Part shown: positions 62,473 to 64,000 of the stretch, piece by piece | How the letters are laid out: each line of letters starts with the position of its first letter | How positions within the stretch are numbered: the stretch's first letter is position 1 | Origin: an uncultured delta proteobacterium | GTDB taxonomy: Bacteria > Desulfobacterota > Syntrophorhabdia > Syntrophorhabdales > WCHB1-27 | Length of the DNA: 64,000 bases | NCBI GenBank assembly: GCA_963810935.1 | Contig: CAWEPK010000017.1 | Location: 96,001 to 160,000, forward strand | Reading direction: 5' to 3' | Position numbers and translations under genes: made by a program | Notes under the pieces: generated by a model | What the model was told of the DNA's origin: nothing | Seen by the model: only the letters and a program-made list of their open reading frames with translations | Databases searched by the model: none

Positions 62473-63908
62473 ACGACAACACCGGCAGCGTAAGAGACAT
62501 ACTGACCGTCCTCTTCAAGCACAAACAGAAGATCATCATAACCTTCTTCGCCGTAGTGGCCGCAGTCACCATAGGCACCTTCCTTATCTCCCCCACTTAC
62601 GAGGCAAAGTCCTCCCTTTTAGTCAAGTTCGGCAGGGAGTACCTCTATACGCCTGAGGTAGGGGAAGGCAGGCCCACCCCCATGGCCTCCGGCCAGGAGG
62701 AGCTTCTCAACTCGGAAGTGCAGATACTAATGAACCACGACATCATAGGCAAGGTGCTTGCCTCCTTGGGGATACAGAACGTATACCCGGGCCTGTCCGC
62801 CTTCTCAGGGGTAGCCAAGACGGATGCAGCCATCAACCAGTTCAAGAGGTCCCTGATCGTAGAGCCGGTCAAGAAGTCGAACGTCATCCAGGTCTCCTTC
62901 CAGCACCATAACCCGGAGATCTGCGCCAAGGCGGTCAACCTCCTGGTCGATAACTTCAGGGAGAAGCACCTTCAGATATACGCGGACCCCAAGTCCTCCT
63001 TCCTTGCCGAGCAGTTGTCGGGGTACAGGGAGAAGCTGACCCAGGCGGAAGGCAAGCTCGAGGGGTTCAAGCAGAGATACGGGGTTTACTCGTTAGACGA
63101 GCAAAGGGGCATGCTCTTAAAGCAAAGGCTGGAGGCGGACAGCTCGGATAAGGACGCGGAGAACCGCATGGGGGAGATTGCAAGGAAGATAGCCTCCCTC
63201 CAGTCCCAGATGCGCACGATAGAAAGGAACGTGCCCGTCTCGTCGGAAGAGCCCCGCTTCAGGGTAGTGGACGACGCCAACGCCCACCTGCTTACCTTAA
63301 GGATGAAGGAGCAGGAGCTTCTGGAGAAGTATAAGGAGGACAACAGGCTGGTCGTCAACGTAAGGAAGGAGATAGCGATACTCGAGAACTTCCTGAAGAA
63401 AGAGAAGCAGAACCAGGTCCCGAAAATAATAACGGGCAAGAACCCCGTCTACGACGACGCGGAGAGGGAGATAGTAAAGGCAAAGGGCGACCTTGCAGCC
63501 CTGGAATCCAGAAGGTCTTCCCTAAAGGTGCAGATGTCGCTTATAGAGAGGGGCCTGCGTGAGCTGGATGCCCGGAGCACGGAGCTGTCCACCTTGAAGC
63601 GCGACGTAGAGGTCAGCGAGAAGAACTTCCAGATATACAGGGAAAGGGCCGAAGAGGCCCGCATAGCGGATGCCATGAACCGGCAGAAGATGGCGAACGT
63701 CTCCGTCATCCAGGAAGCCTCCGTCCCCACCGAGCCCATAAAGCCCCGCATGGGATACAACTTCATGCTCGCCCTGGTAATAGGCTCCATATCAGGGCTC
63801 GGCCTGGCTTTCTTCTCCGAGTATGCAGGCCAGCACCTCTCGACCCCCCAGATAGCTGAGAAAAGATTGGAGCTGCCGGTCTTGGGGAGCATAGAGAATA
63901 AGGGGTAG
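62469..63908 (+). CDS. Polysaccharide co-polymerase (GumC/Wzc N-terminal type)
   Basis: N-terminal TM, P.YEA, coiled coil, A..P..P.KP, C-terminal TM, LELPVLG. Confidence 0.88.
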   Translation: MNDNTGSVRDILTVLFKHKQKIIITFFAVVAAVTIGTFLISPTYEAKSSLLVKFGREYLYTPEVGEGRPTPMASGQEELLNSEVQILMNHDIIGKVLASLGIQNVYPGLSAFSGVAKTDAAINQFKRSLIVEPVKKSNVIQVSFQHHNPEICAKAVNLLVDNFREKHLQIYADPKSSFLAEQLSGYREKLTQAEGKLEGFKQRYGVYSLDEQRGMLLKQRLEADSSDKDAENRMGEIARKIASLQSQMRTIERNVPVSSEEPRFRVVDDANAHLLTLRMKEQELLEKYKEDNRLVVNVRKEIAILENFLKKEKQNQVPKIITGKNPVYDDAEREIVKAKGDLAALESRRSSLKVQMSLIERGLRELDARSTELSTLKRDVEVSEKNFQIYRERAEEARIADAMNRQKMANVSVIQEASVPTEPIKPRMGYNFMLALVIGSISGLGLAFFSEYAGQHLSTPQIAEKRLELPVLGSIENKG

Positions 63909-63949
63909 GGGATAGGAAAGGTGGAATACACGTCTTGTTTTTATGCCGT

Positions 63950-64000
63950 ATAAAGCAAGCGTATGCGCAGCGCTGAGGGGGGTGGCTCCGGCGGCTTTGC
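63950..64000 (-). repeat. Partial copy of the 100-bp repeat family at window edge
   Basis: ATAAAGCAAGCGTATGCGCAGCGCTGAG...GGCTCC...GCTTTGC matches 29244 onward. Confidence 0.75.

Overview
GC-rich bacterial chromosomal window. Gene content (benzoate-CoA ligase family, tungstate ABC, ADP-forming acetate-CoA ligase, TRAP transporter, Sec-rhodanese, PerR-type box) suggests an anaerobic deltaproteobacterium/syntroph; this is inference. Most of the window is housekeeping or metabolic (katG 5' end, perR, cysS, moeA, hldE, cydAB, ssb, gatB, mtnA, ilvE, hpt, tupABC, prmA, acd, wza/wzc). The most notable structure is two divergent IS110-family (IS1111-type layout) elements at about 6.9-10.1 kb, each inserted in a different host palindromic repeat. 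The second carries a 3' non-coding stem-loop whose two internal segments match its own left and right flanks exactly, as expected for a bridge/seekRNA target-binding loop. Also seen: an AbiTii two-gene cassette bracketed by an inverted pair of ~125-bp palindromic elements related to that IS target, a UGA-readthrough rhodanese with a candidate SECIS, an orphan structured ncRNA candidate, an FseA-like (DUF6499-DUF2285) protein in a lower-GC stretch, degenerate PurF and GAPDH paralogues, several small ORFs missed by the ORF track, a dispersed 100-bp repeat family, and three single-base frameshifts that may be read errors. No tRNA, rRNA or CRISPR array was recognised.
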